IMG/VR virus record: IMGVR_UViG_3300025392_001125
Coordinates: 1-30,001 of that record
Direction: 5' to 3' (one strand)
From: a virus
Taxonomy: Duplodnaviria; Caudoviricetes
DNA length: 30,001 bases
Below the pieces are notes generated by a model, which made no database searches, was not told the origin of the DNA, and was given only the letters and a program-made list of their open reading frames with translations. A program made the translations under genes and the position numbers. Positions 17,243 to 26,338 of this stretch are shown here, piece by piece; position 1 is the stretch's first letter; every line of letters begins with the position of its first letter.

Positions 17243-20200
17243 ATGGATTTTCCAAAATATTACGGCAATTATGTAGGAATAGTATTGCAGAACAATGACC
17301 CGCAATATAGAGGGAGAGTCAAAGTCTTTGTACCGCATATTTCACCGACTGTTTATAAAAAATGGAATGAAATTAATAAAGATAAGAACTTTAATTTTAT
17401 TGGTAATATTTCCTCTCTTAATCCTAACGCGCTTTCAACAGTTCTTAATACAGTTACTGGTACTACTACACAACCTGCGGGTACAGGTGATCTAACAGCT
17501 GTTTTAGATGATCTCAAAGCGATTTTGCCTTGGGCTGAAATGGCAGCACCTCTTGCCGGTGGCGGCTCTTCCGGTCGCTATAATGCAACGACCGGCTATG
17601 GTTCTGTTAGTGATTCAAATAATCTTGATTACACAACAGCACAGGGACCACTTGAAGCATATCCGCATACACAAAATTTAGATAATATTGGTGAAAAGCC
17701 AGGTAATGTTTATGATGTTGCTTATAGTAAATTAAGTGATGCTTTTAATAATCCTCAATTAACAAACGTTAATAACGTAAACAAATATAGCTATGATTAT
17801 ACACCTGAAGCGTATAGTAATAGTGCGAAAGGATCTTTTCCTATTTTAAACGTTGGTGCACACGTTTGGGTTTTCTTTAATGAGGGAGATCCACTTAAAC
17901 CTGTAGTATTTGGTTTATCATACGGTGCTAATGATTGGACGACAATCACTGGAGCTAGTTCCGGTAACCCGGGTATTGATTATCCAGGTACGTATGAAAA
18001 CATTAAAAAAGATGATGTAAACGATATTAATGTACGTACGTACAGAAATAAATACGTTATAAATCAAAAAGGTGGTACTCTTAGTTTTAATAATACTGAT
18101 ATGCGTGAGGCGGTTAAGCTCACTCATTACTCAGGTTCATTTAAAGAATTTAACAATCAAACAAATATTGAACTTGCCACCGGTAACGATCAGAAGTTGG
18201 TTCTCGGTGATGAGTTTTTAACTGTTCGTGGTGGTAGAAATGAATATACGCAACGTGACTTTGATAATGTTATTGTTGGTGATCATTATCGTAAAGTTGG
18301 TAATTTACAATTTAGTTTATATAAGCAGTGGAAGAGTACAATGGAGTCTGTTGGTATTCCTAATATCAAACAACTTTTTGATATACAGAGAACAAAAGGT
18401 GTAATAGGTATTAAGGGTATAGATAATACCATAATTAAATTAAATGGTAAAGGACAAGAAAAAAACGGTACACCGTATTTGTGTCCACTCTGCTCGGCAA
18501 ATGAACAAAGTGTATTAGCACTTAACAACACTTTTGGCCCTGAAGCATATAGTATTGTTTCCAAGGCACCAGGCTATTCAAGTTCATTTGCTGATAGTTC
18601 CTTCGGTCACACAATTACTGATAAAGGTATTGAACCGTCTCTCTCTTTTGGTAATCAATTATCAAAACTTGTAACAGGAATTTTCTCTGTTCATCAAATC
18701 ATAGAAAATAATAAAACAATAACCGATCAACAAGGTAAGACTCTTGTACAAATGAGTGGTACTATAGGCGGTGTACCATGCCCGGTTTGTAATCCTGCAT
18801 CACCTTTTAATTCAGGTTTAGCTAACAATCCTTCTATCACACTCAAGCCCGGATATAGTCCTAGCTCATTCCATGGTGCATGGGCTGTCGAACCGCAAAA
18901 GAAAAATCTCATACAGCTTTATAAACAGGTTCTGCCAAAGCTAGCACAAATTGAAGCACAAATGGGCCCGGGTGGGTCTGAAATCATTGAAGTTACCAAA
19001 CATAAGATCGAGACAATCGGTATGGTAATGAATGATTGGGGAGCTATTAGAGTAGATCCTATAGGTAAAATGTCGCCTGCTTTTGTGGCGATTACACCGT
19101 ATATGCCTGTAACTGTTCAGCGACCAACACCTCTTGTTGAACAGGTTCAAGTTGATGACTTACCTGGCGGTACATATACACTTAATGTTTGTAACCGTTA
19201 TAATGTTTTAGTTGGTGCCGGCGGTCTTAATCTTAAGTCTTACGGTGTTGTTAATATCTCTGGTGCTATGGCCAATATTGCCGCCGAACAAGTTAATATT
19301 GGTAGTGCTAATGAAGTCAATATTGATGGCGGTAGTAGATTAAACCTAATAGGTGATATAGTCAGTATCCGTCAACGCAATAATGAACAGATCCTAATGG
19401 ATAGTAGTGTTGGTATTACCGGTAATCTTATCGTTAAAGGTGGTATATTTGTTGAAGGTAATCTTACAGCGCTCTCAACTTCTACTACACAAATAAAGCG
19501 CGTTACTGATCAGACTAAGGTTACAGGACGTGCTCGAGCTGACTCTACCGTCGGTATCGCCGTACCAATGGATACAGTTGGTAAACTACAGGATGGTCAG
19601 TTAAGACCGGATACGGCGAAATATGTATATATGGGATATACAGATCCAGGTACAGAGGTAGCTTGGGCACCACAGGATCCGTCTTATCCTACATCTGGTA
19701 CAGCTGCAATCGGATATATACCAACAGGTGTAACTATTGGTTATGTTGGTACGGCTCCGTGTGTTACAACAGGTCCTGTAATGATATATTCATCCGGATT
19801 TAGTATGTACGGCACAGGACCTGAAGGTAATGGAGGTTCACCGAAGATGAAGACGGCAGTCGGTACATCTAAACCATCGAAAGTTATGTCCTTACGTGGT
19901 TTACCAAATGATAAAGTACAACAAATTCTTACAGCAGCTTCTGGTAACCCTGGTGATAAGGCTTCAACACAATCACCTATGATGGTTTTAGGCGCCGGCG
20001 GTCATCCAGATAGCATTGTTAATAATCCTCATAGCCATACTCACAATGAAGGTGATGCTCCAGCTCACGCCTTCCATAGAGCTGAATTTGCTGCACAGAT
20101 GCAAAACGGTAATGTACCGACAAAGTCTGAACCACATGGCTTCTCAACCGATCAGGATATAACAAACATTAAACAGAAATTTACATCATTCCTATCTGCT

Positions 20201-20299
20201 TTACAAGGTGGATCTGGAGCTGCTGGTGGTATAGTAGGTGCTGTTACAGGTGATGTATCGACATTAAAAAATACAGGTCTTGGACCTATTAAGATTTAA
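17243..20299 (+). CDS. gp5: Baseplate hub/central spike, gp5/VgrG-like, no recognisable lysozyme domain
   Basis: OB-fold start YVGIVLQNNDPQYRGRVKV, LPWA, GAHVWVFF.EGD..KPV; HYSGSFKEF; beta-helix-like repeats; HSHTH near the C-terminus; TGTAAATA promoter at 17221-17228. Confidence 0.8.
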   Translation: MDFPKYYGNYVGIVLQNNDPQYRGRVKVFVPHISPTVYKKWNEINKDKNFNFIGNISSLNPNALSTVLNTVTGTTTQPAGTGDLTAVLDDLKAILPWAEMAAPLAGGGSSGRYNATTGYGSVSDSNNLDYTTAQGPLEAYPHTQNLDNIGEKPGNVYDVAYSKLSDAFNNPQLTNVNNVNKYSYDYTPEAYSNSAKGSFPILNVGAHVWVFFNEGDPLKPVVFGLSYGANDWTTITGASSGNPGIDYPGTYENIKKDDVNDINVRTYRNKYVINQKGGTLSFNNTDMREAVKLTHYSGSFKEFNNQTNIELATGNDQKLVLGDEFLTVRGGRNEYTQRDFDNVIVGDHYRKVGNLQFSLYKQWKSTMESVGIPNIKQLFDIQRTKGVIGIKGIDNTIIKLNGKGQEKNGTPYLCPLCSANEQSVLALNNTFGPEAYSIVSKAPGYSSSFADSSFGHTITDKGIEPSLSFGNQLSKLVTGIFSVHQIIENNKTITDQQGKTLVQMSGTIGGVPCPVCNPASPFNSGLANNPSITLKPGYSPSSFHGAWAVEPQKKNLIQLYKQVLPKLAQIEAQMGPGGSEIIEVTKHKIETIGMVMNDWGAIRVDPIGKMSPAFVAITPYMPVTVQRPTPLVEQVQVDDLPGGTYTLNVCNRYNVLVGAGGLNLKSYGVVNISGAMANIAAEQVNIGSANEVNIDGGSRLNLIGDIVSIRQRNNEQILMDSSVGITGNLIVKGGIFVEGNLTALSTSTTQIKRVTDQTKVTGRARADSTVGIAVPMDTVGKLQDGQLRPDTAKYVYMGYTDPGTEVAWAPQDPSYPTSGTAAIGYIPTGVTIGYVGTAPCVTTGPVMIYSSGFSMYGTGPEGNGGSPKMKTAVGTSKPSKVMSLRGLPNDKVQQILTAASGNPGDKASTQSPMMVLGAGGHPDSIVNNPHSHTHNEGDAPAHAFHRAEFAAQMQNGNVPTKSEPHGFSTDQDITNIKQKFTSFLSALQGGSGAAGGIVGAVTGDVSTLKNTGLGPIKI

Positions 20300-20462
20300 G
20301 TTTTAAATATTCTTTCTTATTAAGAAGCCAATCAAGAAGAGCTTTTTCATAACCAACATCATAACCTCTACGTTCGGACATATACCACTTATTCTTTAAT
20401 ATGTGTTCTCTTTCTTCCTGATACTTCTTATAAAGAAGAGTATTTTCTATCACAAGTGTCAC
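20289..20462 (-). CDS. 57 aa protein resembling stand-alone DUF4032-like proteins (not in ORF track)
   Basis: Manual translation from GTG: MTLVIENTLLYKKYQEEREHILKNKWYMSERRGYDVGYEKALLDWLLNKKEYLKLKS; exact TATAAATA on the minus strand at 20468-20475. Confidence 0.7.
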   Translation of the reverse strand: MTLVIENTLLYKKYQEEREHILKNKWYMSERRGYDVGYEKALLDWLLNKKEYLKLKS

Positions 20463-20474
20463 ATATATATTTAT

Positions 20475-20555
20475 AAAAAAAGAGCAGATAAATGCTTACT
20501 AGTAACTTTATTAAAGTTCCCGCCGACCCGCCCCTAGTAAGATTACGATCTGCTC
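20475..20555 (-). other. Nested inverted-repeat element (structured RNA or complex terminator)
   Basis: GAGCAGAT/ATCTGCTC, CTTACTAG/CTAGTAAG and AACTTT/AAAGTT pairings; ends in a U7 tract on the minus strand. Confidence 0.6.
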
Positions 20556-20577
20556 CTTCAATTTTACTTATAGCTTT

Positions 20578-21150
20578 TTAAATATTTTTTTGAAAGTTTA
20601 ATACTATTTTATCTGTACCTGTTCTATAAATGCTCTTATTACTAAGAATGTAAACGGTAAAATAACCACATGACTGAAATAACGGTACATTATCAGTATC
20701 AAAAGCATTAGCGTATAAATCATTAAGATCTATATGATTATTGGTAATGAGATTAATACACTCCCCATCAATAGGGTAGACACCACGTTGCAAAGAACCA
20801 TAACAATCCTTACACGTTAATCTGTATTCTGACAACACATGTTCATATCTTTTAAGAGGTAATTCAGTAAGAGATGTATTAAATGCTTCAAGTTGCTTAA
20901 ACAAAGTATTAATAGTTTGTGTAGGTATTACACTAATGCCTCTAAAAAACAAAGGAGTTGCATTACTATCGGGTAAGATGTGAACATAGTCAAAAATATT
21001 ATATCTCTTTTTAAATTGTAATCGTTGTTGATCATAAGCGTTTTTTAGCTGAAAACCTAAAATACAAAACGGGTAATTTTTATCAGCAATAAAATTACAA
21101 TTTGTCGGTTTAAGAGGTTCAGAAGCTAAATCAACATCTATTAAATTCAT
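20578..21150 (-). CDS. Hypothetical protein
   Basis: 190 aa ORF with its own sigma70-like promoter; no recognised motif. Confidence 0.7.
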   Translation of the reverse strand: MNLIDVDLASEPLKPTNCNFIADKNYPFCILGFQLKNAYDQQRLQFKKRYNIFDYVHILPDSNATPLFFRGISVIPTQTINTLFKQLEAFNTSLTELPLKRYEHVLSEYRLTCKDCYGSLQRGVYPIDGECINLITNNHIDLNDLYANAFDTDNVPLFQSCGYFTVYILSNKSIYRTGTDKIVLNFQKNI

Positions 21151-21157
21151 AAGCAGT

Positions 21158-21185
21158 ATTATACTGTTATGAATAGTTAAATCAA
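21158..21185 (-). promoter_or_regulatory. Sigma70-like promoter
   Basis: TTGATT-16 nt-TATAAT, 7 nt upstream of ATG 21150. Confidence 0.65.
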
Positions 21186-21593
21186 CTAATGTGGCACAGC
21201 TACGCGTGTAAGTTCAAGAAAGTGTGATGCAAAAAGTACAATGAGCGCTGTAATTGTAGCTATACCTGCAGATGCTAAATTTGCTTTTAGTTGATGACCA
21301 CCAGCTTCTTTTATTTTTGTACGTTCAAATTCATGTGAAATTTGATAAGAAATATTATTAAATCGTTCGTTAACAACCGTGGTAATGTTATCAAATTTTA
21401 AAGACATCTCAGTATCAATTGATTCGATATTAGCTATTATTCTCTCTTCTAAGGAATCTAACCTTTCATTAAGTTGCACAACTTGATTAGTTAAAGACGG
21501 TGTACCGTTGCCTTGATATACGGTTTTATAAAGACTGTGTACGTCTTGCTTTAATTTTTCTACATCATTACGAAAGCTTATTTCTGCATTCAT
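21186..21593 (-). CDS. Coiled-coil protein with one C-terminal transmembrane helix (possible holin or lysis-related protein)
   Basis: Heptad-like N-terminal region then hydrophobic LASAGIATITALIVLFA; downstream of a late promoter. Confidence 0.5.
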   Translation of the reverse strand: MNAEISFRNDVEKLKQDVHSLYKTVYQGNGTPSLTNQVVQLNERLDSLEERIIANIESIDTEMSLKFDNITTVVNERFNNISYQISHEFERTKIKEAGGHQLKANLASAGIATITALIVLFASHFLELTRVAVPH

Positions 21594-21598
21594 ATTAA

Positions 21599-21832
21599 TT
21601 ATTTAATTTGAAAAGAATATGAAAGAATACCTTTTGGTAAAGTATATACTTTACCATATAAATTACCGTTACAATCTTTTATAACTACAGTCATCTTATC
21701 ATGTGTTACCACAGGTCCATTTACAATTTCTACATTTCCTAGAGATATAGTATAACTCTTAATACCTTTAACAATGTTGAATACATTAATTCTATTCTTA
21801 CCTGAGACTACTGCAGAATATAATACTTTCAT
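21599..21832 (-). CDS. Small beta-rich hypothetical late protein
   Basis: 77 aa ORF; CATAAATA on the minus strand at 21845-21852. Confidence 0.65.
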   Translation of the reverse strand: MKVLYSAVVSGKNRINVFNIVKGIKSYTISLGNVEIVNGPVVTHDKMTVVIKDCNGNLYGKVYTLPKGILSYSFQIK

Positions 21833-21875
21833 AAATATTTTAAGTATTTATGTATCTAGCAATACAATACTTTAT

Positions 21876-21883
21876 TATAAATA
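21876..21883 (+). promoter_or_regulatory. T4-type late promoter TATAAATA
   Basis: Exact consensus 16 nt upstream of the tail fibre ATG. Confidence 0.75.
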
Positions 21884-21899
21884 ACTTTACCGTATTATT

Positions 21900-24800
21900 A
21901 TGTCAAATATAACACAGATTTTGTTTAGAAGAGGAAATGATGCCTCAAGACAAACCACACTTCTTGCTGCCGGTGAACCCGGTCTAACAACCGATTCAAA
22001 AAGATTATTCGTAGGTGATGGTATTACACCCGGTGGTAATATTGCAGGTAATATAAACATTGGCGCATATACACAGGTTGTTGGAGGTACAAATTATAAT
22101 AATTCAGGTCTTGATGCGGCTGCTTTTCGAGGATTATCTGCTGCACAAATAGGTGATATTGTTTACGAAACAGCTACAAACATTGTATATGCTTTAAGTG
22201 CTACACCTAATGGTAGTCCCAAAGCAAGTCAACTGTATGTTATTGCTAGAAACGTAACACTCAATCCTACTGAATTTAATTATAGTATAAATTCACAAAT
22301 AAATCTCGCTAATCAAGGTGTTAGCGGTATTCACATTAATCCGACAGCAGCTGATAATACTACAGTATCTATTATCAATAATCAAATTACTTTAACTGCC
22401 GGCACTTCAAGTACAGGTATTACAAATATTAATTTTCAATATGCTCCTGCAAATAGCGTTAAAGGTAATTTTACAAGCTCGTTAAGCTCGGTAACAGATC
22501 TAACATTTTCGACTGGTCCGAATAACTATCAATTTCTTGGTACCGCAAATGGTACAGGACTCAACGTAATTGGGTTAAGTGCAGGTCAAAATATAACTTT
22601 TACAACCGTACCGACTGTACAAAGTAACGGTCAAACCGTTAGTGCTGTTGTAATTGACTCTACACCAAATATTGAAGCAGGCGACGGTATTGTTTATAAT
22701 AAAAACCCAAACTCAGGTTCATATGCAATCAGTACAAGTAATTCGATTGAGTTTATACCTGCGACAAATTTACATTATTCCTCAACTGTAAGTGCGATTG
22801 GTATTAACGCCGGTGACGGTACATCTATTAATGTACTCAATGTACCGTATGTAACATCACCTGCATCTGTGTCGAGTATGCCTGCGATCTCTTTTGAGAC
22901 CGTAGCAAAAACTGGTAATCCACCTGAAGTGACATTATATTGGACTACTACAAGCCTAGGTGGATCGTATGTTACAGTTTTTGCATCAAATAGCGCACTT
23001 TCAGCAGATTTTAGAATAAATCAAGCGGGCTATTATAATAAGCCTGTTCGTGGGCCTTTATTTCCAAGTTACTGGCATGATTATAAATGGACTACTTCTA
23101 GAACAACAAGTAATTGGGTAGGTGGTGGTTTTGTTGGTGGTCTTAACTTTGTAATATCTAAGACTTGGTTAAGTCCTATATATGTACCAGCACAGTTAGT
23201 AACTACTATAACGTACGATACACATACAATATTAGCTGATTGGCCTGCGACAATTAACTGTATGTATTTATCAGGTGGTACAAGACTTTGGCTGGGCGGT
23301 AATTTCCATAACTTTGGCCAGACAACAGCTCTCAATCAAGGAACAGTACGGTATGGTATTGCTGTAGTTGATCTTTTAGGTGGTGCAAATGCGGGGGGTA
23401 TACTCGGTAATATTGGTAGTGTAATAACATTATCAGCTTCAACAGGGACTGCAGGGCTTAGTGTTCTTAATTCAGCGTTCGGTTACGGGCTTACACAAGG
23501 AACACCGGGTCATAGTGTAAGACAAATTACACCATTTACAAATAACTATGGTAGTAACTTACTATGTGTTGGTGGTTGTTGGTTGCCGCGTAATCAACAA
23601 CCATCTACAAGTTTTGCTATTTTTGATACTACCAACAACTACAATTTAAGTGGTTATACATTTAGAACATATAACGATGTACCTGCAACAATCACATCGT
23701 TAGCATCTGCAGGTGACTTCATGTATATAGCAGGTAATTTTACTCAATGTGGCCGTTCAACAGATACATATCCTATTACAGGTTGTGTTGGGTTAACACG
23801 CATTAAGCTTAATTCAACCAGTCATACAGGAAATAGTATTGATACATTACCAATTGGCTCTATTGACCAAGATTTTACAAAGAATATTGCTAATCAATTA
23901 TATACACCAGGAACAACATCACCTCAAACAGTATATAAATACCCTATTAACTGCTTAGATATTATACCTAATATTTCAGGTGGTTATATTTTATATGCAG
24001 GTGGCAATCATTGGGCTAAAACATCAATCCAAACAAGCGAAAATTATCTTTACCACTACTTAACAACACACTGGATTGGTAATACAGCACTAGGGGGCGC
24101 TGATGGTAATCTCACAAGATTTAATGCAGTATTCAATGGTCCTGTTAATGTTGTTACACATAATGCTTATTCAACTGATTATAATGTCTACATTGGCGGT
24201 AATTTTACAACATTTACATCACAGCGTCAACAAAATCAAACACTATACACACCATGTAATTGCGTTATTGCACTAGATACAACAGGCTTCCAAGTCGGTT
24301 TAACACAAAATACAAATAATGTTTTAAGTGGTAATCAACTCTTTACTACTGGCGCCGGAGGTAATTCTACATATACAAGCCCAGATGCACCTCAGATTAT
24401 ACAATCATGGTTTCCAGCATTTAATAAGGAAGTTACTGGCATTGATTGTCATGAAGTGAATAACCCTAATGCACCTGTAAACTCTCTATCAGCTATATAT
24501 TTCACTGGTAAATTTACCGCAGTCGGTAAAACAAAGGTGCCATATGCAGCAGCTTTGCCTATGCCAACACAGGGTATAGTTACACAATTTAACGGGCTAA
24601 ACCTTGTAGGATTAACTCCTTCACAGTGGTATCCGCATCCTAATACTGCATTTAAAAATATCGGTGGTAAGGGTACAAATATCTTACGTATACCTTACAC
24701 AAGCGCACTTTCTGGTGTATTGCTCGCAGGTAATGCAGGTTTCAATAATGTTCATGGTACTGTACGACCTGGTTGGGCACGTATTACAGGCTTAAATGAA

Positions 24801-25220
24801 ACACCATATTCATCGCTATCATCAGTTACATGGAGTATTGCATCAGCTGTACTCGGTCAAGGTAATTTCTTAAGCGTTGATGATACATATGTTACATCAT
24901 TATCTGATCTTGTTGTAAATCCATTCACGGTTAATAAAGTACAATTCGGAGCTAAATCATTTGCACCTCTATATGAGGTTCATCGTGGAGATCTTTGTAG
25001 ATTTGTTGTCTATCGCCCAGGTAACGGATTTACTAACAACACATCTTGGACATCTTTCAGTAACGCAGAAATACCTAGTGATACGTTCCCTAACAATATA
25101 CAACTTCTCGGTATAAAGGTCGACTGGGATACAGGAACTGCTGATGGTAATTATCCGTATCAAGGAAATTCGACGTTATATGCACCTGCATCCGGTGCAA
25201 TTGGTCCACAATCATTATAG
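21900..25220 (+). CDS. Tail fibre/receptor-binding protein with Mtd_N-like anchor and beta-propeller-like repeats
   Basis: QILFRRG...LAAGEPGLTTDSKRLFVGDG N-terminal motif; repeated LWLGGNF, MYIAGNFT, VYIGGNFT and IYFTGKFT blades. Confidence 0.75.
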   Translation: MSNITQILFRRGNDASRQTTLLAAGEPGLTTDSKRLFVGDGITPGGNIAGNINIGAYTQVVGGTNYNNSGLDAAAFRGLSAAQIGDIVYETATNIVYALSATPNGSPKASQLYVIARNVTLNPTEFNYSINSQINLANQGVSGIHINPTAADNTTVSIINNQITLTAGTSSTGITNINFQYAPANSVKGNFTSSLSSVTDLTFSTGPNNYQFLGTANGTGLNVIGLSAGQNITFTTVPTVQSNGQTVSAVVIDSTPNIEAGDGIVYNKNPNSGSYAISTSNSIEFIPATNLHYSSTVSAIGINAGDGTSINVLNVPYVTSPASVSSMPAISFETVAKTGNPPEVTLYWTTTSLGGSYVTVFASNSALSADFRINQAGYYNKPVRGPLFPSYWHDYKWTTSRTTSNWVGGGFVGGLNFVISKTWLSPIYVPAQLVTTITYDTHTILADWPATINCMYLSGGTRLWLGGNFHNFGQTTALNQGTVRYGIAVVDLLGGANAGGILGNIGSVITLSASTGTAGLSVLNSAFGYGLTQGTPGHSVRQITPFTNNYGSNLLCVGGCWLPRNQQPSTSFAIFDTTNNYNLSGYTFRTYNDVPATITSLASAGDFMYIAGNFTQCGRSTDTYPITGCVGLTRIKLNSTSHTGNSIDTLPIGSIDQDFTKNIANQLYTPGTTSPQTVYKYPINCLDIIPNISGGYILYAGGNHWAKTSIQTSENYLYHYLTTHWIGNTALGGADGNLTRFNAVFNGPVNVVTHNAYSTDYNVYIGGNFTTFTSQRQQNQTLYTPCNCVIALDTTGFQVGLTQNTNNVLSGNQLFTTGAGGNSTYTSPDAPQIIQSWFPAFNKEVTGIDCHEVNNPNAPVNSLSAIYFTGKFTAVGKTKVPYAAALPMPTQGIVTQFNGLNLVGLTPSQWYPHPNTAFKNIGGKGTNILRIPYTSALSGVLLAGNAGFNNVHGTVRPGWARITGLNETPYSSLSSVTWSIASAVLGQGNFLSVDDTYVTSLSDLVVNPFTVNKVQFGAKSFAPLYEVHRGDLCRFVVYRPGNGFTNNTSWTSFSNAEIPSDTFPNNIQLLGIKVDWDTGTADGNYPYQGNSTLYAPASGAIGPQSL

Positions 25221-25232
25221 TGAAATTACTTT

Positions 25233-25463
25233 ATGATCTATGATACTTTAGTAAAAAGATTACTTGAAGGATTCAATGTAGCACCTAAACCGGGGCGCTC
25301 TATATCTGCCACGGGTAGAAGTTTAGGTCAAGGTACCACGAAAGCTATTCTACCCGGTGAAGCAAATACAGAACTTGATGGTGATCTTCTACCTAACTTA
25401 AAACAGCTTAAAAAGGCTAGACGTATTAAACGACAAAGTCGCCAGTCTCCCAAGGAAAAGTAA
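25233..25463 (+). CDS. Small basic hypothetical protein with an L-L-E leader (MIYDTLVKRLLE)
   Basis: ORF follows the fibre gene; its leader loosely resembles the tagged family. Confidence 0.55.
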   Translation: MIYDTLVKRLLEGFNVAPKPGRSISATGRSLGQGTTKAILPGEANTELDGDLLPNLKQLKKARRIKRQSRQSPKEK

Positions 25464-25902
25464 GCCAAGTATCTGATGGGTATTCCTGAACATAATAATC
25501 AGGTCTAAACTTAGTATCAGTTTTTATAGCAAGTGCAGCAACTTTAATATGCTGAAGAAAAAATTGATGCTTAAGCTTATCAACAATATGCAAGAGTGTA
25601 TCGCCTGTATCTGAAAGATCATCTACTACGAGTACATTTTTATTTTTGTAGTTACAAATATCTACCCCTGGCTCCTGATAAACAACGAAATCATTAGTCT
25701 GTAAATTTTCATCACTATAACTTTGAATAGTATAATTAAACAACGGTTTAACGTTAAACTTATAAGCCATTAATGTTGCTGGAATTAATCCACCGCGGCC
25801 GACACCGACAATAGCATCAGGAATATAATTATTTCTTTTAAGATCTTTACAAAGGAGATCTAATCCGTTATAGATATTGTGCCAATGAAGCGTTGAAGAC
25901 AT
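25426..25902 (-). CDS. Type I purine phosphoribosyltransferase (Gpt/xanthine-guanine PRT-like)
   Basis: VGVGRGGLIPA, PRPP-binding VLVVDDLSDTGDTL, PDYY and WLTFPWE motifs; TTGAAA-16 nt-TAATAT upstream. Confidence 0.9.
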   Translation of the reverse strand: MSSTLHWHNIYNGLDLLCKDLKRNNYIPDAIVGVGRGGLIPATLMAYKFNVKPLFNYTIQSYSDENLQTNDFVVYQEPGVDICNYKNKNVLVVDDLSDTGDTLLHIVDKLKHQFFLQHIKVAALAIKTDTKFRPDYYVQEYPSDTWLTFPWETGDFVV

Positions 25903-25936
25903 GCAGATATATTATACTGCATTATTAATATTTCAA

Positions 25937-26314
25937 TTATTTTTTCTTTTCTTTTGCTTTTTTTGCTGCATTAGCGAGCGCACTAATATTCATGCAATCA
26001 ATAATTATGCCCTCATAATCTGCCCTATGACATAATTCAATTAATTTTTTAATTTTTAATTCAAGCGTCCTATGTTCTTTTGTTATAGTTTCTTCAGCTT
26101 GATCTCGTGCTGTAGGTGTACCACCGCCAAGATCATTTATAGGTAATCTTGCACCTGCTGCAGTAGTTGGACTTATATCGTTATTACCACCACCGTTAGT
26201 GGGATCCGACCCTACTCTTGGTCTAGCACCAGGCATTTGTACAGAGGATTGCGCATATGGACCTTGTCCTTCAACTATATAAGCTTCATAGATTGCATAG
26301 ATGTCCTTTTGCAT
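25937..26314 (-). CDS. Leader-tagged putative internal head protein (MQKDIYAIYEAY)
   Basis: Shared N-terminal motif; exact TATAAATA on the minus strand at 26325-26332. Confidence 0.65.
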   Translation of the reverse strand: MQKDIYAIYEAYIVEGQGPYAQSSVQMPGARPRVGSDPTNGGGNNDISPTTAAGARLPINDLGGGTPTARDQAEETITKEHRTLELKIKKLIELCHRADYEGIIIDCMNISALANAAKKAKEKKK

Positions 26315-26338
26315 ATATCATAAGTATTTATATAAATT

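Noticed and set aside
21900-25220. Diversity-generating retroelement suggested by the Mtd_N-like domain
   Set aside because: No reverse transcriptase and no template/variable repeat pair seen; Mtd_N is a generic fibre anchor
17213-25936. Bacteroidota host inferred from lack of SD and similarity to a Flavobacterium phage pathway
   Set aside because: The early-type promoters look like canonical TTGA/TATAAT sigma70 sites rather than the Bacteroidota TTTG/TAnnTTTG type; the host remains undetermined
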